This document shows, piece after piece, positions 41,101-53,444 of a stretch of DNA of 64,000 nucleotides. Numbering within the stretch: position 1 is the stretch's first letter; the number at the start of each line of letters is the position of its first letter. Both the position numbers and the translations under genes were made by a program. This stretch comes from Phoronis australis (Eukaryota; Animalia; Phoronida), in contig NMRA01000001.1 of the NCBI GenBank assembly GCA_002633005.1, positions 314,625-378,624 of the forward strand, written 5' to 3'. The notes beneath the pieces are model-generated. The model had not been told where the DNA came from, did not search any database, and was given only the letters and a program-made list of their open reading frames with translations.

Positions 41101-44100
41101 CAAAACTTAACAGTCACAAAAATTCTTCAACCTGAGGCAAAACAATGCGCAAGTGGCGTTTTTCTTATTTTTCACATGCAGCATACTACAATGCGCCATA
41201 TGGTCGATTTTATTCTAAATAACCTTCGGCTTGCATCAAAATATATTGGAAACTTTCACAAAGAAATGCAACTTACTTCATTCTAAACTGCTATAAAGTT
41301 GGCAGTAAGTCAATGTCAAGCTTTTACAACTTTCTTGGAGAAGAATGTCAAATCAGTACAGTAAATGCCAAAAGTATTCCAACAAAATGACCCACAATTC
41401 CCTGCCATGATGGCTGAGCGAAGGAGGAATTCCTGAATGACCAAGAATGAAGGAGAATCAGAAAAGGGGCCGAGTCATTCTGTAATTGTAATTTTGCCCT
41501 CGTATTAGCCATTACTAATCATTTTTTATGTTAACAGAATAAGTCGTCATGACGGAAAAACAATAGTTTTGTATGATTGCTTTTGTCTTACAAGAGTACT
41601 GTATGTATCTGATCAGGGCACTGTGACAACGGAGTGGATTGACTTACTTGGCACTGAAACTTTCATCAAATGAACACAGAACTTCTGTGGCATCAAAATA
41701 CAGCTGAAACATAAGTAAACAAGGAATGTAATCGAAGCCATGACTATGTATACAATTAAGACGCAAGATACGCTTAAAACATTGAATACAATAAGGAGAC
41801 AGATACAATTCCAAAATAATCCATGAAGAGAGTTGCCAGTCGAGATTTATAAACTGAGATTTAAAAATTTGGTGTTGGGGTATTCCACCAGAAAATTATG
41901 AAATTTTAGTCACACTGAAGCCCACTATTAAGATTTTCCTCTCACAATTAGACTACCAATCAAGTATGTAATTTAAATTTTAAGACTAAGCCCCAAAATA
42001 TTAATCTAACTTTTCTGATACCAAAGAACAACATAGCTTCCACGACCAGTGAAACAAAATTGCCATCTACAGGAATAAAGGAAACCGTCTGACAGAGGGA
42101 CAATCCAAGAACAACACTGTGGACTTCAGAGGTTATTTCAGCAGAATGATCCTTGCGTTCAAATAGATACTTACCCACTGGTTGAGGGGTGTAAACTTTC
42201 CTGTCAGCGCCTTGAGTACCTCCTGGGCCACGATGCCCCCCAAGGCAGCGCAGAGGGGGGCAAAGCAGCCCCTACAGGTGTACGCCAGATGGCGGATAAG
42301 GGATTCATCCAGGGCACACTGGAACAAGATTGAAAATGCTAGATAGTGATAGTGTGTTGACCTAACCAGTCAGTTAATAAAAATACCACATACTATAATT
42401 TGTGGGCTCTGAGTCTACTCTCTGAACTCATACTCAACAAGGACTTGAAACATGAAAACAAATATCGTAAAATGAATCGGGTCAAATTTGACAGCTTACT
42501 CAAAGCGTGCCACGCTACTGGTCTATTTTTGAGTTATATCAGACCCTGAGTCCTGGTGTCTCAAATAGGTATGATTTGGAAGATAAGTATGTTATCATTG
42601 CTTGCGTGCAAGCAGTTAAATCAAAATACCGAGGACGGATTATGACAATTTTTTTTTCAGTCTTAAGAGTCTGTGCATGATTGATTTGGCAAAGGTGTCA
42701 TAATGAAAAAACGATTAAATCTTGTGAAGTATTCAAGTGGTTTTATTGTTTGACGCCGGTTTTAATTAAAGCACAACTATGACAAAATCACTTTTCTATG
42801 TAATACACCAATGAAATGTATTTAAGACAACACATAGCTGCGCCAAAGTTCTTGATGTACAAAAGTGAAACAAAAAGTAAACTGCTTTAATAGAGAACGT
42901 ATCCTTCAAAAGCTTTTTAGTTGCTGGGTCGACGTTTCACAGAGAATAGATCCCGACCCTGATTATGAAAGCAACACAGTTGGCCAAGTAAGCTGGTTCC
43001 GAGACTGAATACTTAATGAAGCAATAATGGTTATGGAGTTTTGATACGTATCTAAATCAAATACAACCCTTCCCCCAGTTCCTCATATTTTGTTACCTCA
43101 AACTGGAACTCTTTTTGAACCTCCTTTGCCAGTTGAAGCAGACGATCAGCGTCCTCTCGGCACCACACTTTGGGTTTGGCTGACATCTGTTGACAAAAAC
43201 GATCCAACGCCAACAGCGCGATGTGGATGTTTAGCGGAGCCTAGTGGAGAAAATACGACAAATAAACATATTAAAGAGGCAAACTAACAAGTTATGATAA
43301 TGACACGCCAGTCAGAAACACAGCGTTAGCATTGTACGACTTGATCACAGTACCACACTTCCTGTTAAAAGAATTTATCATTTTTTTATAAAAATAAACA
43401 CAAGTCAGTTAAAAATAAGTAGTCCAAATTGACCAAAATGCAATCATAAAAGGTGAAAACCCTCATCAGATGACTCACCTCCAGTTTGGCTAGGTCAGGT
43501 GTGAGCAAAGATGGCTCAGCTGTCTGTTCTTTCAGGGATTTCTGAAAAAGTCATGATTGCTCACAATTATCGAGCATTAAATGCTTTATAACTCTCTCAT
43601 TCAGTTGCTCTTACAGACAAGAGTGGTCATGGTGAAATGTTCACTAAGATCTCGCTCCAATATGGACTGGCCAGCACAGGTCATAGTTCATAATCATAGT
43701 TTGCACTCATAACAGGCATGCCAACTATCAACCACGTTGAACTAAATTTTGAGGAAATTCTTAACAAAGGTTCTCATGTATAGTTTATTGCAAGACACAG
43801 TGGATGGAAGAGTTATCTTGTTTTACTTACAAAGGAATGATGAGTAGACATCTTCACTTGTGTACAGATGCCTCCGTGTTGGTACTGTGTGAACTGGCTG
43901 GTGTCACAGATGGTGAATGTGTATGGCGTCAATACTGGAAGGTAAGGTTAAGCTAGAGAAAACAGTGAACAAGGCAAAACGCGTCATCAAAGGACAATTT
44001 ACAATCACCGGCACATTCGATACAAATACAAAGTACACATCATTCCCTCACCTGAAGTTGTAGTTCAGAAAATTTCTTGTGACTTAGAACATCTATAACC

Positions 44101-47100
44101 ACAATAGCAGTTCTTCTAATAGTGTATACATTCCAATGATTCTTACAAATTGCTATGCTTATCACGAGACCTTCAGATAGCACAACATACTGACCTTTAA
44201 CCTGACATAATGACCTTTAACCTGGCATACTGACCTTTAACCTGACACGTGTATCCATTCAGTTCAGTCATTCCATTAATCTCTTTAAATGTCACAGTCT
44301 GTCCATCTTCCAGTCCGTGCATTCTGTTCTCAAGCGTTGTGACAACACCAGGCGTATCCTAGGCAACACATCACACACACAGTTTATGTTACCATGACGA
44401 CTTCACAGCAATTGCGCACAGTATACTACATTATGGTGGAAATATGAAACCATATTTGGTTACATTCTCAATTTGCCCACCAGGGGTAGCTGTAATCATA
44501 GTTATTGACAAAAACTGTTCTGGTGCCTCACCATTTAAAACTAACATCAAATCAAAAATTTAAAAATATTAAACAGTTTTCAACATTTGTAACAAATTAA
44601 ATAAACATGCCACAAAAAGACAAAGCACTAGTTCAAGCCTACATCTTTTCATAATCATGACAATTGTTAGCTACCAAGACAGACAAAAATGACATAACGG
44701 GTGCAGCACTTACATCTGTGTTAAAATTTTCACGAAATGTGCCAATCACCTTTCTAAAGAAATTTGAGTAAAAATGACACAGAAATCAATTTTAGTAATT
44801 ACAATGTTGTGGCCAATTGTGGGGATGTACTAGACTTTGTGTATGTGTGTGTGCGTGCGTGTGTGTGTGTGCGTGCGTGCGTGTGTGTGCGTGCGTGCGC
44901 GTGCATGTGAAGGGGAGCACAGACATCACAAAATGAAAACTAAATAATGGCCATAGACCAAGTCCTACATAAACTGATAAGGACACTTTACCTTGGTGAT
45001 ATTTGAAATGAACGCCTCCTTGACCTCTTCCCCTGTATCATCCATTACTTCGAACTGGTCGCCAAAGTCACAGAACATCGAGCAGAAAACACCTTTGACG
45101 TCAGCCGAGATGAACTGGAATCCATACATTTACTAGTGACACCAGGGGGAGTGGTCAATAACACTAGTCGTATTCTTAAATACGACACTGTCTCACACTT
45201 AATGCAAGATCTTCGTTTGGCTCATATCATGGTAACCAGAGAGCATTGTGTACCAACAGTACTTCTCCACCACTTGATACAACGGATGGAAAAACTTTCC
45301 AGTCACTGTCAGTTATAGACATTTTGCAAGTATTCGTCTTAATATAGCAATCAATCTCTTCACAAGGAATGTTAGAGCCACACCATAGTAGACAAAACTT
45401 AATGAAAGCACCACTCCAACATTACGATACATCATTCTGTTATTACATTTGATATACAGTGTATTCACCACAGTTCAACTTGAAATCTACAACACAAAGA
45501 CATTGAGCTTCAGTCTGAATTTTTTAAAATAACATAGCATCCTCTGACTACCTGATGCCTACACCATGCCCTATACTCCCACCTACCACACCTCTGACTA
45601 CCTACACATATAGGAGGATCCTGAGTGCGGCAGTACTCATCCACAGCCATTTGCGTCTGGAAGTCTTGCTCCGTGAGAACTATGCACTGGAAGTGAAGCC
45701 AACAACATAGAAAATATATAGACGCTGAGGTTGGCCAGTAGTGAAATATATCAAATAAACACAGAAAAATCAGGAACCCCAACTGGGAATCGAATCACAG
45801 GTCTCTAAATTGCCAGTCTAGTGCTCTCACCACTGAGCTACTGAGGACCCGATATCTGTGCAATTACTGTTTTCAGCCAATTGTTAAGTCATACATCGCA
45901 TGAGCGGCGTTTCGCCTTTTTCACACGGGATTTAGACAATTATATATACAATCAGATGAAACGCCACTCATGGGATGTACGACTTAACAGTTGGCTGAAA
46001 ACAGTAATTGCACAGATATCAACAACATAGAGCGATGGAAACAAGTGAGAGGTGAAGAAAGATATCAATGGAATCTTTCATAGCAGGAAAATTTTGCAAA
46101 GCATCTGTAAACTTTGTTTATTCTTCTTGGCGCACAACCTGTCATAAAGAGCAGACACACAGCCCCTCATAAAGGGATGACATACACACCGTCTTATAAA
46201 GGACAGACCCACACCCCCTCATCAAAAGTATTTCATAGAAATGTAATTGAGGGGATACAATTCACTGGGTTTTTTTCTGGTCATAATATTTGTGTGACAT
46301 TGAAAAAAGCTTCAACGAGTTTGCTTATGAAGATAATAAAATTGCATAGATGTTAAAAAAATGCATTCAAATCATTAATATGATATTCGTCAGCTAGATA
46401 CCTGGTAACCTTGCAGCCAGCTCCAGCCTTCGTCTGGACATCTAGAGAATGGCTCATGCCGTCCTTTCACAGTAACATAAGGATTGAGCTCGGCCAGATG
46501 AGGAAGGCTTGCTTCACAGCTGAAAGAAAACAAATGAAAAACGTCTCAATATCATCCTTTAAAGGAATATACCCCAACTTTTATGACCATTATAAATGCT
46601 AATTAAATCCATGCAACTTTCGTTGGCATCAAAAGCACATTCCACCAACTTCTCATTTCCATTGTCCATCATTACGCTAATATTGCACAAGTTGCTGACA
46701 TCAAACACCGACTAAGCTGTAGATAATCCCATATAAGAGTCGATTTGATGAATGCGTGCCACTCTATGGCCAACACAGTGTTTAGATAAGTCAAAAATAA
46801 AAATAGCAGCCAGAAAATGGGCAAGAAATGTGATGAAAAGATGGTTTAGCCATTTTTGTTACAGGGAAACAATGACTCGAGCAGAGATTCAGCATTTCGA
46901 GATGGAAGAAATATTAGGTGTGCCACATGGAGTGCAGACTGAAATGACCGCTAATTATGCTGTTCACTAACATTTTCAATTTGTTTTTTATAATTTTTTG
47001 TGTTCTTCACGAACACAAATTAAAGTTACCTTGCGCCACCCTGCGTTTATTATTGGTCAAATAATAAAAAATATAGAGGTCAAAAAGCAGGATGTTTTTG

Positions 47101-49130
47101 GGACGGCTGATACCATGATTAAACGTGGAATCCAATTAATATTACCTGTGTTGACAAAGATGAACAAACACTGAGTGAGGTGCATCAATATTACAGGTGC
47201 AGCTTGCATTCTCCTCAATAGGGAACCGTCAGACATTTATAAAAAGGCTGCAAGGATGAATCCGTGATGAAAGACGTTATGGTTTTGGTATCCATCTCCA
47301 GAAAAACTAGGAAAGTCATAGGATTCAATCTGGCCCATTTTTCCATAATATACAACCTAGGCATAGCGTTCTTTCTAGAATTAAAGTTGAGCGTGATGGA
47401 AACGATGGGTACGCTGTCAATCACAGTGTTCAGCTGGTAATTAAGGGGAGACTACTACTAACTTTTGTTCTTTGTGATGGAAATGATGGGTACGCTGTCA
47501 ATCACAGTGTTCAGCTGGTAATTAAGGGGAGACTACTACTAACTTTTGTTCTTTGTTACATTGTTTGTGAAGAATTAGGTCATAATTAGGTAATAATTTT
47601 GACAATGAATACTAGAGTGAAGAATGCAGCTAACATATTACAGGCTCAGACCACTTAAAAGAACAAATGGTATCAATCAGAAGTTGAGAACGAGGGATCA
47701 AAATTTTAGAGTGGTGGTCATATTTGAAGAGTCTGGTGAGAATGCAGGCATATGTTTCGAACGTTTTGTTGAATCCCCTGACTGGGGTTATGATTTAGAA
47801 TCAGTGAGCACCACAAGACTTGCAAGAGTGTTTACCGTTTCTTCGTACCCACGTCTTCTGGTCTGAGAAAGAATTGTGTGCCCAGGTCATCGAGTTTGGT
47901 AACCATACCATCCTGCACTGTGAGACACTTGACGCCAGCCAGAACAATATTTTTAGCTGAAATAAGCAACAAGCACTTGAAACCAACACTCAGTCACAAC
48001 AACAGATCAAGCACAAACTGACAAACTGAAATCTCCTCTTACACACTGAGGTACAAAAACACATTGTTTGATAAACCTAGTTTCCAAAGCATTTGGAAAA
48101 GAGAGATGCAATGCGAGAACTGTTTTTCAGTCACCCAGTGTCAGCAATGCAGAAGACAAAGCAAAAGAAAATCTTTGCTGGAATGAGAACAACGTTGATG
48201 AAATTTAGACAAGGAATAAAAACCACGGCGACAGTGGTGATGATAGATAGCTTGCATTGTGAGTAAATATCACCGAATATCAACTAGCGAATTTTTAATT
48301 CAGTACGTCCCATTTCAATGTAGGAATGGTAAAATATAATGTGTTGTACAATGGCGATAGGATGGAGATTAAAAAGCAGAGGGATTTGACCACACCACAT
48401 ACTACAAGCGTACCTCACATGCTCTACACTTGGCAGTTTGTCCAACAACTACTTAATAAGTTTTCATTTGTTTTCATGAAACAAAGTAGCACCAAAACAA
48501 CTACTTTCATTTAAAATCGAATTTCAAAATATGTTTTTTAATTTTGTTTGTCCGAAGTGGATGAGATTTCACCATGTCTGAGTTCCGATTTCATCAATGG
48601 TTGCTTCACTGAGTGCCATAATAAAGGCCTCAGAGCCATGTCTACCTATTTCAATGCCAAGACCGCCCAGTCCCACCAACAGAACACTAGATCCAGCCAT
48701 CCTCTTCATGGCGCTGTCACCGAGGACATAGCGCTGTCGACTGAAAATAAAGAAATACCTCGAGTAATTCTTGTTGATTAACTGCACAACAATCTAATCT
48801 GTTTAGCACCCGACACATTTTGAAACAATAGAAAAGTGGGCCCTTACAAGGGAATCGAAGAAAAATCGAACTTCAATTGGTTGCAAATTTTTCAGTCTTA
48901 TGGAGATCTTGCGGAACATGATTTTCTCACCCAAATTTGAAGTTTACTGTCATCGCGATTAACATATAGATTTGTTATGTTATGTTTACATTAGAACAGT
49001 AGTTTAGTGTTAGCGATGCAATAAACATATGTTCTACGAATGATCACAACAAGATTGAAATTATAATGTGTGGTCAAAAATCTAACCTGTATAAAGAATC
49101 ATCAATCTCCACGTTAGTGTTGAGCGACAT
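23127..49130 (-). CDS. UBA6: Ubiquitin-like modifier-activating enzyme 6 (E1), 30 coding exons, about 1013 aa
   Basis: Manually spliced GT-AG exons, all phase-compatible, total 3042 nt: 49087-49130, 48646-48740, 47836-47956, 46402-46519, 45606-45686, 44992-45114, 44235-44358, 43831-43934, 43479-43541, 43097-43240, 42175-42318, 41648-41703, 40517-40595, 39870-39944, 36841-36997, 36173-36278, 35245-35350, 34789-34878, 34023-34103, 33238-33366, 32305-32356, 31742-31805, 30863-31004, 30408-30525, 28525-28604, 26965-27078, 25855-25982, 24910-24997, 23697-23794, 23127-23244. Motifs: [77 protein letters not shown] and C-terminal GPPVRYFLG*. From my knowledge of the family these match UBA6 better than UBA1. 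Confidence 0.95.
24060..24288. repeat. 111-bp tandem duplication
   Basis: AAACAATGACAAAAAA...TTCAGACAG twice, nearly identical. Confidence 0.9.
24380..24505. repeat. 14-bp minisatellite (GGTCATCCTCATTC)n
   Basis: About 9 tandem copies. Confidence 0.95.
25070..25773 (-). mobile_element. HINE-like repeat fragment in a UBA6 intron
   Basis: Terminus ...GTAGTGGGGCATAAAAA preceded by a short CA-rich tract; internal AAATTT / GGAGTTG-type motifs typical of these elements. Confidence 0.45.
26190..26895. other. Duplication of about 340 bp across Ns (probable artefact)
   Basis: 26192-26529 is repeated from 26531; Ns at 26272 and 26530. Confidence 0.75.
27790..27927 (-). mobile_element. MITE of about 150 bp, inverted diverged copy
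   Basis: Reverse complement matches 21477-21631 (AGCTAGGTCCTAGCGTAGG, TGAGATCACCTGACTTT). Confidence 0.65.
29150..29590. repeat. Degenerate 18-21-bp G-rich minisatellite
   Basis: GCCGTGGGGGTTGC(T/A)G-like units; explains the spurious ORFs 29123-29428 and 29163-29447. Confidence 0.75.
31053..31236. repeat. Tandem repeat of about 61 bp, 3 copies
   Basis: ACTGGTTCTATGGCAGCAGA.GTGTGTAAGAAA.GTGTGCCACAATATATCTGGGCCCAAA. Confidence 0.85.
32368..32512. repeat. 13-bp minisatellite AAATATCAAGGTC
   Basis: Multiple perfect and diverged copies beside a UBA6 acceptor. Confidence 0.8.
34789..34878 (-). CDS. UBA6: UBA6 exon carrying the catalytic cysteine
   Basis: Encodes [30 protein letters not shown]; Cys codon at 34846-34848; flanked by AG and GT on the minus strand. 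Confidence 0.95.
36690..36780. repeat. 13-bp minisatellite TACCATAACTGTG
   Basis: Several tandem copies inside the intron. Confidence 0.7.
37453..38915 (+). mobile_element. TACCGTA-terminated (Tc1/Mariner-like) element carrying a decayed HIRAN-like coding remnant
   Basis: TIR TACCGTATTCACCTAATAAGCACCC versus GGGCGCTTATTAGGTCAAATGCAG. Region 38495-38635 translates with frameshifts as [34 protein letters not shown]. Confidence 0.6.
39082..39669. mobile_element. PIF/Harbinger-type MITE in a UBA6 intron
   Basis: TIR AGGCCCATTCACACAGCCGAT / ATCGGCTGTGTGACTGGGCCT, with TAA TSD on both sides. Confidence 0.85.
44835..44908. repeat. (GT/GC) microsatellite
   Basis: GTGTGTGCGTGC runs. Confidence 0.85.
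45701..46031 (-). mobile_element. Composite retroposon: long hairpin + tRNA-derived segment + tail, with 11-bp TSD
   Basis: AACAACATAGA at 45701-45711 and 46021-46031. 63-bp inverted arms at 45851-45913 / 45958-46020. tRNA-like segment 45775-45850 on the minus strand with A box TAGCTCAGTGG and B-box-like GATTCGATTCC. Confidence 0.75.
47392..47556. repeat. Tandem duplication of about 81 bp
   Basis: GATGGGTACGCTGTCAATCACAGTG...CTTTTGTTCTTTGT twice. Confidence 0.9.
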
Positions 49131-49803
49131 TTTGGTCTTCTTTCGAGGTGACTCCACTGTACTCTGAAATGAATGGTCAAGAAGTAACATTAAATATCTG
49201 ACAGTTAAAGTTGTATCGTCAAGTGATAATAAATCTGTCTTCCATCACATACCTCAGATTTTGTTTTAGTGATCTGGTAAAAATCCCACGTCACCACTAA
49301 AACACGGATCAAAGTATAACAGGAATTAAATAAACGGGAGTGAAAATTGCTTTGTAAAACCCGATAGGGCACGACCATGATGCACATGCAAACAATCTAT
49401 TCTGATCACCTGTTTTTTTGGTAGGGGGCCAACAGAGAGCGAAATGACCATTGATTGCAAACTCAATACCAACAGCAGTTTTTTCATCAGATGCCACGTG
49501 CCTTAACACACAAAGATTCTGCATTTAGGATAATGGGGAAATAGTTATAACACCTATCATCTACATACACGATGGTGATGCCAGAAATACAGTGGACAAA
49601 ATATGCAGCCCCACGTGAACACAATGACAATGAATGACATAACTATATGTCTATGGCTTCCTAAGGTGTCCCTCTATGTGCAAAAGGTACTTATAATAAC
49701 ATGAATTGATGGCTTAATCAGTGTGAGACATAATTTGCAAAAAAGCTTCTGGTGTATGAAGGTCCTATGGCCTATGGTAGCATCACCGTCTCTACTGGCA
49801 CTG

Positions 49804-50739
49804 TAGGCAATGACCATCGCCTCTGTTGGCTCGAACCAGAGGCGATGTAGAGGCTATAGGCGCTCTGTACGCCGGAAGCTTTTCGGCGAATTATGCCTCG
49901 CACCGACTAAATCATCAAAGCCACGTTGTTATAACTACCTTTTGCGCATAGACGAACACCTTAGGAGGTTGTCGATGTGTTTAAGTTCTTCCAACTCGAA
50001 CAAATACTCCCGTTATGAAACTTTTTCTTCGAGCAGTCCCTATTTCAGTTCCCAAAATCGTGAAATCAAAATTTTCATTTTTTTAACCAGGCCGAAGGTC
50101 AGAAGTTGCGATCCTACCAGCGAACTTTGAAAGCTGAAGTTCCCGCCCTTTGCGTACGTGCTGCCGGGAACCAGCCGTGCATTTGCCGTGTTGTTAAACA
50201 TTAAAATGTCAAATATGTGCACAAAGACTTTTAAATGTCATATCAACAGCATTTATTTTTATCAAATACAAACAATAATTCATTGAAATACAAACAGTTT
50301 CAAGTAACGCCAATTAAAGACAAGTATAAGTGATGGCATTTTGGAAACGAACATTTGACTGACAAGACCGCAATGGCTCACCTTTGGCCTATTTAAAAAT
50401 TAATGAGGTTATGAAGTCACATCACCTAGCGAGCGCGGTAAAAGTTGGAGCGTGCGCAGTACAAAAATTTTGATTTCACGATTTTGGGAACTGAAATAGG
50501 GACTGCTCAAAGAAAAAGTTTCATAACGGGAGTATTTGTTCGAGTTGGAAGAACTTAAACACATCGACAACCTCCTAAGGTGTTCGTCTATGCGCAAAAG
50601 GTATACAGTTATAACAACGTGACTTTGATGGTTTAGTCGGTGCGAGGCATAATTCGCCGAAAAGCTTCCGGCGTACAGAGCGCCTATAGCCTCTACATCG
50701 CCTCTGGTTCGGGCCAACAGAGGCGATGGTCATTGCCTA
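49804..50739. mobile_element. Non-autonomous TIR element (AcademH-like or MULE-like) with TIRs of about 270 bp and a 9-bp TSD
   Basis: Termini TAGGCAATGACC...GGTCATTGCCTA; near-identical arms 49804-50075 / 50466-50739; perfect TSD CTGGCACTG at 49795-49803 and 50740-50748. Confidence 0.9.
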
Positions 50740-50889
50740 CTGGCACTGCTAAGTACTAGGGAACTAGTCTAGCTGGCAGTGTCAACCGTGATGCCGGCTG
50801 CGGTCAGCTCTCCGCTCCGGTACATTTAATCCACTGTCGATTGTCAACCCGCGTGTAAATTAATCCCACAAACTTCGTTTTGTTTCTTA

Positions 50890-51010
50890 GTGTTGTTGTT
50901 CACCTTTTCTCTCTTACTTTTCTAGACACCGGCACAATTCGTTGAAATTTCTCGTAGAAACAGAAAACTCCTCCAAAACAGGAAGTCAGTCCGGATATGA
51001 GCAAAATGTC
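50890..51010 (-). promoter_or_regulatory. Likely UBA6 promoter and non-coding first exon, possibly bidirectional
   Basis: The ATG exon has its own acceptor at 49164-49165, so a 5'UTR exon is needed. Minus-strand donor candidate GTAAGA near 50912-50917; ETS-like CAGGAAGT and CCGGAT at about 50979-50996. Confidence 0.4.
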
Positions 51011-52499
51011 AGGGGAAAAAGATAATTTCGAACAATACGCTTTTACACCCAGTAAAGGTAAAACGCAAAAAAAAACGCAAAAAAAACATTATCACAAGTG
51101 TTACTTACCAGTATGATAATTCGTAGAATAAGACAGGTACATGTAGACCGAGTGGTTGCATTCAAGCTCTAAAACTTGTGAACATCTGCAGTTACTGAGT
51201 TTAAAGCCCGGCAAAGTTCGACAACATCGGTATAATTTTGACACTAATCGCTTTCAGGAGAAGTCGTGACCAAAAACTTGTCAATTTAAGCATAAACTAT
51301 AGTAAAGGTTGAGATTGTCACAACGCCCCAATTTAACACTGTAGTGTATGATGTGTCACAGGATATAGGGCCTAGGCTACTTGCTGAATGTTCCGAAACG
51401 CCGGGGCACGCAACTGGCGCTTTTCATTTAGTTTTCGGCCTCGAGTCAGTACTGACACTAGACTGAAAGCAGGGTATTTGCAATGAAATCTTCTCTTATG
51501 CGAGATTTTTTTTTAAATAGTCGTGTAGTTAGTTTAGAGACAATACGTTTTAACAAGCTAGAGAATTGTTTGCTTGAGCGGCCACACGCTTACTCAGTGC
51601 ACTAAACCATTTGCCATTGATCATATTAGTTTGCAATCAAACAGCTGTCTTTATTAGATAATTCTCATATAATTGGCGTAAAAATAATACTGACCCCTTG
51701 TATAAAACGTCCTACTTTCATTTATTTGTGAACGTGTCCTCCAATGGCCCTATGCATGCATTCCAATAACAAAGTTTGCAGGTAGGGCATAGTTACAAAA
51801 CAGTAATCTTTGCTACAAAGGTTGGTGATATAGTGAGATCCTATGGCCAGAGGTTGTAATATGTTAAGTGCTGGAGCATGTGCTTATTAAATCTCAGTGA
51901 CTTTGGTCTTCCTCAAATATGTGTAGGCCTATATTCTTAGAAATCGTACGTCCTGAGGTTTGTACAATACTTATCTGATGAATATTTGGTCGGTATTTGA
52001 AAATCCCCCTCTTGGGGTCGAGCAAAAACGTGCTTTTGCAAATTTCATTCCTTATGGTAACAACTACTAAAATTTAAATTATTTATTTGTTTTTCCTTCT
52101 TTGCACAGCAGAATAAATTCTATGAAGATATAAAGTACTGAACAAATCAAAATCTATGAGCATACAACATCAAAGAGTTGTGGACTGATACCTCGCCCTA
52201 TCAAGATCATTGTCACGGCGTGACAATAACGGACTCTGCGCGTGCGTATTACTGGAATTATTATGGGAAGTTACTGACAGCAACCCGTTTACCAATATGA
52301 AAAGCAATTCTTTAAAATTGTAAGAGAAATTACAAATTAATTTTTTGATGACCTTTCCACCCATTAACCTCTTCCGGTGCATTATGAGCCCCGATGAGGG
52401 AGTAATTGTTAACTCGATTAAAAGTGTGGTTAATGCTAATAATCACAGATGTTTTATTTTAAGCACTTCAGAATACAAGATGAATGAAGCGGTCAAACT

Positions 52500-53444
52500 T
52501 TCAGACGAAAAATGCACCTAATGACCCCATGGGTGCACCAAATGACCTGAAAATTTAGAATTCATACTCAATCGTACTTAGTAAACAGATACGTAATTCT
52601 GAAGTCTCTAGCTCAAAATTTTAGTTTGCACTCAATGACCTTTGACCTATTTTTTCTGATTGGTTTGGCCTATTGCGAAGTAAAGTAGGGTATTCACTTG
52701 GCATGTTGACTTACACCAGTGTGCTGAAATTGAAAAGAATTCCTTGAAAAACGTAAGAGATATAACATTTTGAACGTTACATGACCTTTGCACTAATTGA
52801 CCTTATCCGGTGCATTTTAGGCATCTTTAGGAAAATTATTGCAAAGCCCATGGAAAATGTGTTTAACCCTGAGAATCACAGTTGTCTAACGGTTGACATA
52901 TCAGAATACTTGCTGATTGAAAAGGTCAAATTTTCACAAGAAAAATGCACCTAATGACCCCATGCTTGCACTAAATGACCTGAAACTTTGGATTCCGATT
53001 TAATTTACCTGTGGGTATTAGACCTATCAATTTGAAGTGTCTAGCTCAAAATTTTTGTTTGCACCTAATGACCTTTGACCTAATTCACCTGATTGGATGA
53101 CCCGATTACTTAGAAAGTAATTTTTTAAATTGTCATGTTGACTTATACCTGTGCACCGAATTTGAGAAAGATAGCTTTAAAATTGAAGGAGGAGTAGGAT
53201 TTTGTAAATTACATGACCTTTGCACCAAACGACCTCTTCGAGTGCAATATGGAATATGATTATATAACCAATCAAAATTTATATACTGTCAAAAGTCATA
53301 TGCTGAATTTAAAGACCCTACCTGCACCCAATTGAAGTTATTAAGCCTCAAAGTTGGTCGGATGAAGAATAAGAATAAGAAGAAGAATAAAATTGAAGAA
53401 AACCCAGGAACAACAGTACTCTGCGCTGAAACGCGCAGAGTAAT
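52500..53444 (-). mobile_element. HINE-like element with internal tandem duplication of about 430 bp
   Basis: AAAAATGCACCTAATGACCCCATG at about 52508 and 52941; (GAA/GAATAA)n microsatellite and terminal hairpin TACTCTGCGC-TGAAAC-GCGCAGAGTA at 53365-53442. Confidence 0.7.

Noticed and set aside
41272-41435. Possible UBA6 micro-exons (AG...GTAAGT at about 41277-41290; EFL-like stretch at about 41420)
   Set aside because: Their lengths break the frame, and the flanking exons already join in phase (SAK-NDRYD).
45775-45850. Functional tRNA gene
   Set aside because: Imperfect stems and B box, and it is embedded in a TSD-flanked element; treated as a tRNA-derived retroposon.
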